The position numbers were made by a program, and so were the translations under genes. Positions 55,443 through 64,000 of a stretch of DNA of 64,000 nucleotides are shown in pieces. Positions within the stretch are counted from its first letter, which is position 1. Every line of letters begins with the position of its first letter. The notes beneath the pieces were generated by a model. That model ran no database searches. It was not told where the DNA came from and worked only from the letters and a program-made list of their open reading frames with translations. Source of the DNA: Patescibacteria group bacterium (lineage in GTDB: Bacteria > Patescibacteriota > Minisyncoccia > UBA6257 > GWB1-50-10); NCBI GenBank assembly GCA_023474215.1, contig JAMCYI010000006.1, positions 1,452 through 65,451 on the forward strand, given 5' to 3'.

Positions 55443-57136
55443 ATGATTTCTTTCTGATAACATTCTTCACAATAAATGATTTCCTTGCTTTCCGGAGAAA
55501 AACTCGTCTCGAACTCGTTCGGGCACCGGCCGGAATGATCATGATCCGGTTTCTCGCACATGCAATTGCGGTGCCACGTTTTGTTCGGCCCGCGCGCCGC
55601 GAACCGCCGTTCGTGTCGGCAATCCGGGCACTCGCGCGGGAGCGAAATCTCCAGGTGTTTGTAAAACTCGAATTCGCTCGGGATGATGCGGAAATTTTTC
55701 TTGCATTTCACGCAAACGAAGATCTCCTTCGGCACGTCGATACTCCCGACGTCGCGAATCGAATCGGGTATTTTGTCCCATGGTATCGTTTCCTTGCCGT
55801 AGGTCCCCCGCGGATGGTCCTCCCACTTGAACCCCTGCCGCAACGCTTCTTCTTTCGTGAGAGGAAACTGGCCCTCTGCGGCCGTCTCGTTGTATCCGAA
55901 GGCACTGACGGATGCCGGGAAGAATTCTCCGTAGATCCCCTCCTCCCTCATTTTCGCGATGATCTCCTTCCGCAATGTTCTGTACTCTTCGGGCGAATAT
56001 TGCTTATTCAGGATGCAGTAATTCTGCTTTCGGAGGCCCGTGCATCCGAAGCAGTTCGTGCAGTTGAAGCAGTAGGAAGAATAGTCCATGAAACTCGATG
56101 ACCAGCAGACGGCGGTGGCAACATAATGCGAGACGTCGATGCCGGCATTGATCGAATTGTAGACCAGCTCCGCGCTTCTGCCCGCCGTGTCGGCATCGAC
56201 GCAATCTTTCGCGTTCCGCCAGATATGGACGCCGTATTTACTGTCCTCGGAATCGTAGCAGTGGAAGCATGACTTGCAATTCTTCGCGTCTTCGATGTAG
56301 TTCCCCGAAGAGCCGGGCGAGTTGTAGACCTGAGCGAACCGGCGCGGCTCCGTCATCGCGAAATCCTCGAATTTCTTTTTAAATTCCTCGAGACCGGTCC
56401 ACGTATCGAACCGCGCTTCTTCGAGGAACTTTTCGTAATCTTCTTTCGAGACCGGTTTGTTGAAAATGTGGTACTGCTTATTGAACAGATTGACGCAACC
56501 CACGCAATTCGAGCAGCCGCGGCAATCAAGGAGAAAATACCCGTCGTGCGAATCGTGGCATCCCTTGCTCCAAAACAAACGGTACGAGTTATAGCAGTCG
56601 TCGCTCTCGTACGAAAGTTCCGTCTTGCTCGCGAAGGACGTATCGACGCAATCCTTGCACTCTTGGATCCAGTAGCAGTGGGTACATCCCTCGTTGTTCG
56701 ACGACTCCACGAGCATATAACAATTCTTGTTGTCGGCCGATATGTTCACATACTCGGAGTTGACGCTCCGCTCGTGCATCAGACCGACCTTCGGCACTTT
56801 GTTCCAAAGTTCGGCGAACTGATCTAAGAACGGCTTTGCGAGGTCGTACTCAATACCGAGATCGCGACCATCCCAGCCGTCGGAAAACCAGCAATCGTGG
56901 CACCACACCGCGTACGGTTTATTCGGACTGTACATCGAGATGCCATCCTTGCCGCATTTGTCGCACTTCCGGGAATAGAATGAGCGTTCATTTCTGAACG
57001 CCAATCTTCTTTGTGCGCGGCACGCCGGGCACAGCCTAGGCGAAAGAACGTCCATCTTTTCGTAAAAACCAAAATCCTCCGGTTCGATGGCAAATTCCTC
57101 ATGGCAATTCTGACAAATTTTCTTCTCGGGAGACAT
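55439..57136 (-). CDS. Cys-rich Zn-ribbon/repeat protein, array copy 9
   Basis: Same motif set; 565 aa. Confidence 0.9.
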   Translation of the reverse strand: MSPEKKICQNCHEEFAIEPEDFGFYEKMDVLSPRLCPACRAQRRLAFRNERSFYSRKCDKCGKDGISMYSPNKPYAVWCHDCWFSDGWDGRDLGIEYDLAKPFLDQFAELWNKVPKVGLMHERSVNSEYVNISADNKNCYMLVESSNNEGCTHCYWIQECKDCVDTSFASKTELSYESDDCYNSYRLFWSKGCHDSHDGYFLLDCRGCSNCVGCVNLFNKQYHIFNKPVSKEDYEKFLEEARFDTWTGLEEFKKKFEDFAMTEPRRFAQVYNSPGSSGNYIEDAKNCKSCFHCYDSEDSKYGVHIWRNAKDCVDADTAGRSAELVYNSINAGIDVSHYVATAVCWSSSFMDYSSYCFNCTNCFGCTGLRKQNYCILNKQYSPEEYRTLRKEIIAKMREEGIYGEFFPASVSAFGYNETAAEGQFPLTKEEALRQGFKWEDHPRGTYGKETIPWDKIPDSIRDVGSIDVPKEIFVCVKCKKNFRIIPSEFEFYKHLEISLPRECPDCRHERRFAARGPNKTWHRNCMCEKPDHDHSGRCPNEFETSFSPESKEIIYCEECYQKEII

Positions 57137-57159
57137 GTAGAAATTTTACATCAAATATA

Positions 57160-57265
57160 GGGCTCTCGGCAGTCCTCCGGATTCCCGAGGACCAAAAAAA
57201 GCGAGCGGGGCGCCCATGGTGCCCCGCCCGCGATACCCCCGAGCTGCCTTCGGTGTTCGGGGGGG
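57160..57265. repeat. Cluster of three GC-rich hairpins (family E-like)
   Basis: gggctctcggcagtcctccggattcccgaggacc resembles 22167-22201; followed by gcggggcgcc..tgccccgc and cccccgagc..gttcgggggg. Confidence 0.6.
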
Positions 57266-58972
57266 TTAGGCCGTCAGTTCACTGTAGCATTTCTTGCAAA
57301 GGATGTTTTGGGCATCGTGATTACTGATCGATGTCATAAATTCGGCCCCACACTTCGAACACGCTCTCTTTTCCATCTTCAAGTTATCGACCCACTGGTC
57401 GATCTTCTCATCGATCCTGCAGAAAGGACATTCACGGGGCAAGGGGTAGTTCATCTTCCGCAGGAACTCCAATTCGTCTCGTATCAACCGGAACCCCCTG
57501 CCACACTTGGCACAGCCGATAATTTCATTCAAAAGATCATCCGGCGCGTCTTTAATGTGATCCGGCAGATCGGCTGCTTTTTTCGTTACCTCGTATTCCT
57601 TTTTTTCGATATTTCGCCATCCGTATCCTTCGGCGCGAGCGGCATCTTCGGTCAGTGGAAAAAAATTCTGGGCCAGAGTTTCATTGTAGGAAAACGTGCT
57701 CATTTCGACGGGGAAGAACTCCCCGTATGTATACACCCTCCCCTTCTGGTCCGTATAGGGCATCTCGTCCATATGGCTCTTGATTTTCGGGATCAGAACT
57801 TCATATTCCTCTTTGGTGTATTGTTTGTTCAGAATACAATATTCTTTCTTCTTCAGGGAAACACATCCGAAAACGTGCGCTCCACCGTAAATCAGGAACG
57901 AATATTCGGAATCCATCAAATTCAAACCCGAGCCGTAGTTGAACTTCACCTCGCTCGCGTTTTCGCCCACGTTCGGCGAATCGTAGGAAAGCGTGAGATT
58001 GTTCCCCCAGCTCGTGATGTCGTAGGAATCTCTCGTCCCTGGAAGATACAGCATCGAAAGATATTTTGAATTCTCGGCGCCTAAAACTTCGTAGCATTCC
58101 TTGCAGTTCCGCGATTGGAAAACGTTGTTCCCCGTGCAATTCTCCGTGAATTCGTCGAAAACCGGTTTCGGCGGGAATTTTTTCCAGTGCTCTTCGGCGA
58201 GTTTTTGGATTTCCCGATACTCACGGTATGACCCCAAATCCCACTTTTTAATTTCTTTGAAATAATCTTCTTTCGCATACGGCTTATTGAAGATGTAATA
58301 CTTCTTGTTCCTCAAATTGATCGAGGCGAAGCAGTTCTGGCATCCCCAGCAATATTTGAGGAAATACGAATCAATCGACTCCGTCACCTGCCCCCGGAGA
58401 CCGGCACACCGGTTGCATCGGTAGGCGTGCATCGAGTCGTAGCAAAGCTCGGAATTCATGATGAGTGATGAGTCAAAGACCGATTTACTGTTCGTTGCAT
58501 AAAAACCGTAGGCGGAGTCTTCGTCGAAATCGGCATGGAAGAGCATATACACGTTTTTGTTATTACCGCTCAGGTGCGTGTAGGGTGACGTTTTGAGGGT
58601 CATGAAATCAGTCGAGAGCGCCGGAAGCGGCGCCTCGCTCAGAAACTCACGGAATTGTTCGAAAAACGGACGGGAGAAATCGTAATCGCGGCCGTATGCG
58701 AGCGGATCCCACCGGTCGCTGAACCAGCACGGAACACAGAAGACCCGATACGGAGCATCGGGGGCATAAACCGAAATGGTTTCTTTCCCGCAAAGGTCGC
58801 ACTTCCGCTTATAGAGATTCACGACGTTCATAAACGACAAGCGCCGCCTGAAGCGGCACTCGGGACAAAACGTCGGCGGAGGGACTTTTATCCTTTCATA
58901 AAAAGCGAGATCCTCAGGCTCAATGATAAATTCGCGGCGGCAGTTCTGGCAAACTTCTTTCCGGGAACTCAT
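57266..58972 (-). CDS. Cys-rich Zn-ribbon/repeat protein, array copy 10
   Basis: Same motif set; closest in pattern to copy 8 (CPFCRI..K..QW). Confidence 0.9.
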   Translation of the reverse strand: MSSRKEVCQNCRREFIIEPEDLAFYERIKVPPPTFCPECRFRRRLSFMNVVNLYKRKCDLCGKETISVYAPDAPYRVFCVPCWFSDRWDPLAYGRDYDFSRPFFEQFREFLSEAPLPALSTDFMTLKTSPYTHLSGNNKNVYMLFHADFDEDSAYGFYATNSKSVFDSSLIMNSELCYDSMHAYRCNRCAGLRGQVTESIDSYFLKYCWGCQNCFASINLRNKKYYIFNKPYAKEDYFKEIKKWDLGSYREYREIQKLAEEHWKKFPPKPVFDEFTENCTGNNVFQSRNCKECYEVLGAENSKYLSMLYLPGTRDSYDITSWGNNLTLSYDSPNVGENASEVKFNYGSGLNLMDSEYSFLIYGGAHVFGCVSLKKKEYCILNKQYTKEEYEVLIPKIKSHMDEMPYTDQKGRVYTYGEFFPVEMSTFSYNETLAQNFFPLTEDAARAEGYGWRNIEKKEYEVTKKAADLPDHIKDAPDDLLNEIIGCAKCGRGFRLIRDELEFLRKMNYPLPRECPFCRIDEKIDQWVDNLKMEKRACSKCGAEFMTSISNHDAQNILCKKCYSELTA

Positions 58973-58974
58973 AA

Positions 58975-59163
58975 CTACTCCGCGTCATCGCCTTCCTCTT
59001 CCACATTAATATGATTCTCGGTAAGGAACCCGGCTTCCTTCAGTTTTTTCTGCTGCATTTTGAAAATCCTCTTGCATCGAGCGGTTAAAATCAAACCCCT
59101 CACGATCTTGTACGCGAGAAAAAGAATGACTAATCCTATTACGATGTACCAAAAAACATTCAT
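58975..59163 (-). CDS. Small single-TM protein
   Basis: 62 aa; TATAAT upstream; stop 2 nt before the copy 10 start. Confidence 0.6.
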   Translation of the reverse strand: MNVFWYIVIGLVILFLAYKIVRGLILTARCKRIFKMQQKKLKEAGFLTENHINVEEEGDDAE

Positions 59164-59212
59164 CGTAAGAGTATTATATCACAAATATGATGAAAAATCA
59201 AGATTTCTTTTT

Positions 59213-59518
59213 CTATCCCACAACCGTCGTCATCCATTCCTTGTATGCCCTATTGACGCGTCGAACATCCACGACCGCAACAAGCGGCGTTGAATAGGAA
59301 TGGTTTTGGTGAATGAGATCTTCGACATCCTGCACTTTCGATTCATTGGTCTTAATGAGAAGCGCATACTCGTTCTCACACTTCATTTTCCCCTCCCAGG
59401 TATAGCACGATTCAATCGGCCATGTGTTGACGCACGCGGCGATCTTCCGCTCGACGATGAGCTTTGCAAGCTTTCTGGCTTCCTCAACGCCTTCACAGGT
59501 TGAATAAATAAAAACCAT
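59213..59518 (-). CDS. cutA: Divalent-cation tolerance protein CutA
   Basis: AACVN, SCYTWEGK, LLIKT, HSYSTP. Confidence 0.92.
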   Translation of the reverse strand: MVFIYSTCEGVEEARKLAKLIVERKIAACVNTWPIESCYTWEGKMKCENEYALLIKTNESKVQDVEDLIHQNHSYSTPLVAVVDVRRVNRAYKEWMTTVVG

Positions 59519-59604
59519 ACTTCAATTTATTTACTTTTTACTCGACCTTTGGAGAAAAAATGAAGAAATCCAAATTCCAAATGTCAAATCAATGCTCAAA
59601 ATCC

Positions 59605-59734
59605 TAATTTCAAAATCCTAAATCCTAAATAAACCCCCCAATACTCTAAATTCAAAATTCTAAACGCATGTTTTGGTCATTAAAATTTGTATTTCGATAT
59701 TGTTCAGGATTTGGTGCTTAGGATTTAGAATTTT
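59605..59734. repeat. AT-rich heptamer inverted element family C, copy 2
   Basis: Aligns by eye over about 130 bp with 14227-14357; extra heptamers extend left to about 59566. Confidence 0.85.
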
Positions 59735-61190
59735 AAACCAGGGGCTCCGGTGTTTGATCGTTCGCGTCGGCGGGCTTCCCCGTGATAGCTGCCTTTTCTT
59801 GAGCGCTCCGCCAAATGCCGGCTTCTTCCTCGGCGATAAGTTTTTTCGCGGCATCCGCCGAAATGGAATATTTTTCGCGCGAACGTTTGATAATCTCGTC
59901 CTTGAACGAGGGATGGGTCGGCGGCAAAACGCGCAACGTTTCCGCCGAGAATGGATCGTAGGTTTCGCCGTCAATCGTCATTTTGATGTAAATTTGGCCC
60001 ATGCCGAGATTGATCATATCCTTCACGTCAAAAACCGGCGCCATTTCCGGCTTCAGCTTTACCGCATCTTCACCGCCGACACGGAAAATAATGATAGTTC
60101 CGGTATTCCCCAAAACGGCGGCTTGCACCTTCGGCAGCAGCTGTCCGACGTACTGGTGGGCAACGGTAAGGCAAAGGCCGTACTTCCTGGCTTCCGACAA
60201 AAGGTTTTCGAACGTATCGGTCACGAGATTCTGAAACTCATCGACATACAGATAAAAGTCGTTCCGCTCGGCTTGCGGCAAGGTTGCCCGCGCCATACCC
60301 GCTTGCTTAATCTTCGTAATGAACATCGATCCGAAGAAGCTTGAATTTTCTTCGCCGATCTTCCCCTTCGAGAGATTGATAAGGATGATCTTTTTGTCGT
60401 TCATTAATTTCTCGAGGTCGATTTTGTTCTCCTTTTGGCCGAAGATGTTCCGGAGCATCGGATTCGAAAGGAATTGGCCGAGTTTGTTCACCAAAGGAAT
60501 GATGGCTTCCGTATCGAATTTCTCCGACCAGTCGGCGAACTCGATAGCCCAAAAGCGTTTCACCATGTCGTCTTCGATGTACTCCACAACCTTTTGGCGG
60601 TAGTTTCGGTCGGAAAGCATCGAAATCATGCCGCGCATCGTAGCATGTGGATAATCGAGGAGTGCAAGGCATGTGAACCGGAATACGTGCTCCAAGCGGG
60701 GCGTCCAGTTCGCGCCGAATTGTTTTTCCATAACCTCGATCAAACCTTGCGTCAGCTGATGTTTGAACGAAGGATCGATGTTTGCAAGCGGGTTGAATGA
60801 TGCCGGATATTCGATATCAGAGGGGTCGATGATGCACACATCGTCGATACGGTTTTCGGGAATGGACGGGAGGATGTCGTCGATGGTATCGCCGTGCGGA
60901 TCGATCAAGCAAAGACCGTACCCGTATTCAATATCCTGCCTGACCAAAAGTTCCATCAGCTTCGATTTGCCGACGCCGCTTTTGCCGATGATATAGGTAT
61001 GCCGGCGGCGATCGACCCGCTTCAGGCCGAAAATGAATTTTTTTTCCTCGAGCGAAGCGACATAGTTCGTCCGGCCGATGTACGATATCTCGGACGGTGA
61101 GATGTTGCCGTAAACCGGGAGTTGCGGCGGCGGCGGCGCATACTTGATGATCTGTAACCTGGTTTGTCTTTGTTGCGGTTGTTGTGCCAT
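59733..61190 (-). CDS. VirD4/TraD/TrwB-like coupling-protein ATPase (second paralog)
   Basis: GKSGVGKS, DPHGD, YLYVDEFQN, SEARKYG, GNTGT. Confidence 0.85.
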   Translation of the reverse strand: MAQQPQQRQTRLQIIKYAPPPPQLPVYGNISPSEISYIGRTNYVASLEEKKFIFGLKRVDRRRHTYIIGKSGVGKSKLMELLVRQDIEYGYGLCLIDPHGDTIDDILPSIPENRIDDVCIIDPSDIEYPASFNPLANIDPSFKHQLTQGLIEVMEKQFGANWTPRLEHVFRFTCLALLDYPHATMRGMISMLSDRNYRQKVVEYIEDDMVKRFWAIEFADWSEKFDTEAIIPLVNKLGQFLSNPMLRNIFGQKENKIDLEKLMNDKKIILINLSKGKIGEENSSFFGSMFITKIKQAGMARATLPQAERNDFYLYVDEFQNLVTDTFENLLSEARKYGLCLTVAHQYVGQLLPKVQAAVLGNTGTIIIFRVGGEDAVKLKPEMAPVFDVKDMINLGMGQIYIKMTIDGETYDPFSAETLRVLPPTHPSFKDEIIKRSREKYSISADAAKKLIAEEEAGIWRSAQEKAAITGKPADANDQTPEPLV

Positions 61191-61193
61191 GTT

Positions 61194-61733
61194 CTACTTT
61201 AAGGCCCGTAGGGTCCTTAGAAACGATTCATACACGCGAAGCATTTCCTCCGCCTCCTCCTTTTTTAACTCAAAGCCAGGCGTATGAACTAATTCGTTCC
61301 GGAGCTTGTGCGCCCGCCAGAGATCTTCGATCTGATTGAAGTCGTCGTAGGTGAAGTGTTGCAACCGATCGGCCATATGTTCTCCCGGGAGTCCCATTTG
61401 TTTCAATGCGGAATCGACGAGATTGTCGGCCGATATGACGGCGAGCATGAGCGATTGCGCTTTTCCTTCCCGCGCCTTTTCTTCGATGCCCGACCAATGC
61501 GCCGCAAAGTTCGCCGTATTGAAGGAAAAAGGTTTTGCTTCCATCCCTGACCCTTCCTTCTTGCCTTCAACCCCTTCTTCTTCGAACTCCCCTTCAATGG
61601 GCGGGCGGATCTCCCACCCCTTTGCAAAATAAATTATCGTCGCCACGAAAAGGATCACATCCAAAACGATGAACGCGATGCGGAAACCGCCATAGAGTCC
61701 TTCCCAATTGATCGCTTCAAAAAAATGGATCAT
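61194..61733 (-). CDS. Membrane-anchored conserved hypothetical protein
   Basis: N-terminal TM; AVISAD..VD, GEHMADRL, AHKLRNELVH. Confidence 0.8.
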   Translation of the reverse strand: MIHFFEAINWEGLYGGFRIAFIVLDVILFVATIIYFAKGWEIRPPIEGEFEEEGVEGKKEGSGMEAKPFSFNTANFAAHWSGIEEKAREGKAQSLMLAVISADNLVDSALKQMGLPGEHMADRLQHFTYDDFNQIEDLWRAHKLRNELVHTPGFELKKEEAEEMLRVYESFLRTLRALK

Positions 61734-61737
61734 TTGA

Positions 61738-63165
61738 TTACTTATACCGCTCTATTTCTTCGTCGGCGCCGAAGATGGCGAGCCCTGCCGACGGGCCTGT
61801 CTTTCTGCTTTCGAGATGTCTCAAATGCGGTTCCGTGAGAACGATGGACGTTGGGATATGAAAGAGCGTCGCGATGCACTTTGTGTTCATAAGGAAATTT
61901 CTCGATGCGTTCCAGTTGAAGAAATATGAGGTCATGACGCGACCCACCAGGCTTTCGGGAGGAATTTCCCGCTCTTTATAATCAAAGAGGATGCGGGCTT
62001 TACGGTATTCGCCGCGCGTCTTGGGGAAAACGTACGGGCTGCTCCAAAGCTTCGTACGCGTCGAGACATTGTAGTTTTGCGTAAAACCGTTCATATCGAG
62101 CGCCGCATATTGACTGAAGGCGCCGATCAAACCTCGCCGCGGATAGCTGTCCGTAAAGGTGGCGCGCGGTGAAATGTACACGAAACGCGTCAACGTCTCG
62201 AAGGCCGGCTTCGAGAGATTTTCCTCGACGGCTTTCAAAATTTCCGTTTGTCGAGGGCTCCGCATCGTAAACATGCTGAATTCCCCTTCGCCGGGGTTTA
62301 TTTCCGTTTTCGTTCTTTTCGACTGCTGCCGCAATTCCTCCAATTCCACCTTCGAACCATCAAGCCACTTGTCGTAATCGGTCATCGGGTCCTTTCCGGT
62401 CGGCGCAATCAAAAGCTGGATCCCCACAAACTCGTCCTTCATAAGCTTTCCCATAACCTCGAGGAAAGATGAAATGGGATCGAATCTTTTTTCTTCGTCG
62501 GGGCTCGCTTCGAAATCGGCATACGTTTTAATTGGATACAATTCTTCCTTTTGGAGAAGCATTTCCGTCCCCCACAAATCGAATCCTTCTTCGTACATCG
62601 ACGTAACGCTCTTCGGAAGCCTGTCGATATAGTCGGGTACTTCGATAATATCGATATCCGGATAATACGAAAAGAACGACGCTTCAACCAGATTTTTCAA
62701 GCCAGCGTAAATGCGGATATAAAAATGGATTTCTCCTCCGAAACTCGCCATTTCGAGCGAAAACCACCGCGTCACTTCTCCTTCGATATATTTTTCTTTG
62801 AAATCGGACGGTGCGTTTCTGAGCGCATGGATCGCCGTCAAGACCTGCTCCATCGCTTGAGGGCTTTTTTGAATGTTCCGGGGAACCCGAAGCTCCAAAA
62901 GGACCCACTTCAAAGATTTTTTATACATCTCCCGCTTGTAATGGAGCCACAATTCCTTGAATAAATTGAAGAGAATGATGAAAACCCACAGCCACCACGT
63001 ATATTCGAGGAAATACAAAAAAGCCCTCCAAATGGACGCGGGGCCGGTGAAGGGCACCAAAAAAGATCCGATGAGTCCGGCAACAAAAATAGCAAGCCAG
63101 ATCTCCCACGTCGAGAAGAGATCCTTCAGGATATCGCCAAAACCACCAACAATATCTTTCAGCAT
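61738..63165 (-). CDS. Membrane-anchored conserved hypothetical protein, likely partner of the coupling ATPase
   Basis: N-terminal TMs; LLELRVP..KSPQAMEQ, WFSLE, YPIKTY, ATLFHIP; same operon as the ATPase. Confidence 0.8.
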   Translation of the reverse strand: MLKDIVGGFGDILKDLFSTWEIWLAIFVAGLIGSFLVPFTGPASIWRAFLYFLEYTWWLWVFIILFNLFKELWLHYKREMYKKSLKWVLLELRVPRNIQKSPQAMEQVLTAIHALRNAPSDFKEKYIEGEVTRWFSLEMASFGGEIHFYIRIYAGLKNLVEASFFSYYPDIDIIEVPDYIDRLPKSVTSMYEEGFDLWGTEMLLQKEELYPIKTYADFEASPDEEKRFDPISSFLEVMGKLMKDEFVGIQLLIAPTGKDPMTDYDKWLDGSKVELEELRQQSKRTKTEINPGEGEFSMFTMRSPRQTEILKAVEENLSKPAFETLTRFVYISPRATFTDSYPRRGLIGAFSQYAALDMNGFTQNYNVSTRTKLWSSPYVFPKTRGEYRKARILFDYKEREIPPESLVGRVMTSYFFNWNASRNFLMNTKCIATLFHIPTSIVLTEPHLRHLESRKTGPSAGLAIFGADEEIERYK

Positions 63166-63203
63166 TCCCTTACGGGAATTATACTACGTTCCGAGCCGGC
63201 TTT

Positions 63204-63998
63204 CTACGCCTCTCGAACGGAGAACCTGCCGTCATCGAGCTTCTTAAAATGATTCTTATTTTGCAGATTCAAGATGACGGTGTTTTCCTTCACCAACCGC
63301 TGAGCCTTCACAAGTTCAATGATCTTGTCCACCTTTTGAGGCCCATTCTTCTTCAAAAGATCCACCAGAACGTCTTTCACCGTTCCCGGCTCGAAGCCGT
63401 GCTCACGAAGCGCGTACATTCCCCTTCCAACCAAAACAAATCGATGATCTTTAATGAGTTCGTTGTGCACCGTTTGAACATGCGGAACTTTTTTGTCCAA
63501 TCCGTATTTATACGAGTACTTGGCAATGTCCGTGAAGTGGAGCGGCGCTCCGTGCTTCCTTAATACCAAGTAGACTCTGTCGCGGATCGTTTTCGGTTCT
63601 ATTTCCGGCCAGCTTTTAAGGCCGAAATCTCCGAAAATGTTCGTCCCGAAGTGCTTCGGGATCGAGAGGAAATGGCACGATGCAAGATCCTTGCACTGGC
63701 CGAGGTATGACTTACTCGTCAAGATCGCCGTTTTTTCTTTCGTGGTCAAAAACTTCGTCATACCGTTCACGAACTCGAGGAATTTCTTCCGCGCATCGTT
63801 CGTTGCATACCAGTAAGCGTTCATTTTGTCATCTTCCTTGGCATACATCGGTTCGTTGGAGACCAACAAAACGAAGCGCACTTTTTCTTTCGCGTTCTTC
63901 GTCTTTGCGTCGATCTTCAGACCGTAAAGGACGTCGTTTAAAAAATCTTCGTCCAGCTTCACGCCACCCGCCGACAGGAGGTGTTTTTTCGCAAAATC
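63204..63998 (-). CDS. Winged-helix protein (HARE-HTH/RNA polymerase delta-like), 5' part outside the window
   Basis: Frame open to the window edge; YLVLRKHGAPLHFTDI, QTVHNELIKD.RFVLVGRGMYAL. Confidence 0.75.
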   Translation of the reverse strand, partial: DFAKKHLLSAGGVKLDEDFLNDVLYGLKIDAKTKNAKEKVRFVLLVSNEPMYAKEDDKMNAYWYATNDARKKFLEFVNGMTKFLTTKEKTAILTSKSYLGQCKDLASCHFLSIPKHFGTNIFGDFGLKSWPEIEPKTIRDRVYLVLRKHGAPLHFTDIAKYSYKYGLDKKVPHVQTVHNELIKDHRFVLVGRGMYALREHGFEPGTVKDVLVDLLKKNGPQKVDKIIELVKAQRLVKENTVILNLQNKNHFKKLDDGRFSVREA

Positions 63999-64000
63999 GA

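Noticed and set aside
42391-57136. Multiheme cytochromes or classical ferredoxins
   Set aside because: CxxCH occurs only in some N-termini (CQNCH) and is not conserved; no signal peptides; Cys runs are CxxCxxCxxC, not the CxxCxxCxxxCP ferredoxin motif
57160-57265. tRNA or other known structural RNA
   Set aside because: Three separate hairpins without cloverleaf, T-loop or CCA features
38698-58972. Diversity-generating retroelement acting on the array
   Set aside because: No reverse transcriptase in the window and no near-identical TR/VR pair differing only at adenines was seen; divergence spans whole cores
30953-61190. Conjugative element
   Set aside because: No relaxase, VirB4 or mating-pair genes; ATPases sit among housekeeping genes
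1-64000. Alternative genetic code (UGA read-through)
   Set aside because: Conserved genes are full length under code 11 and several end at TGA with ATGA coupling

Overview
A 64-kb chromosomal segment, almost all minus-strand coding, standard code 11. Gene content (short AspRS, atypical EF-P, orphan VirD4/TraD-like ATPases, ComEC pair, fermentative lower-glycolysis genes, many small membrane or secreted ORFans) suggests a Patescibacteria/CPR (Parcubacteria-like) genome; this is inference. The main feature is a ~20-kb tandem array (38698-58972) of ten complete and one truncated paralogous ~565-600 aa Cys-rich proteins of unknown function. Each has a pseudo-symmetric layout: Zn-ribbon pair, two Cys/Ser/Asp repeat solenoids, Zn-ribbon pair. 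The anchors are conserved, the repeat cores are very divergent, and there are signs of module exchange between copies. Two VirD4-like ATPases bracket the array. Also seen: a 6S-RNA-like rod (24028-24173); a three-copy 41-nt element closed by a covarying stem; several dispersed palindromic or heptamer repeat families, some inserted in frame in mnmA and in an array gene; widespread leaderless-type gene starts that contrast with SD-led stand-alone ORFans; an ars-type operon with an uncalled small Cys-rich ORF; and a glycerate kinase/enolase/PEP synthase/D-2-hydroxyacid dehydrogenase set. No rRNA, tRNA, CRISPR array, integrase, transposase or reverse transcriptase was recognised. All calls come from motif recognition by eye, with no database searches.
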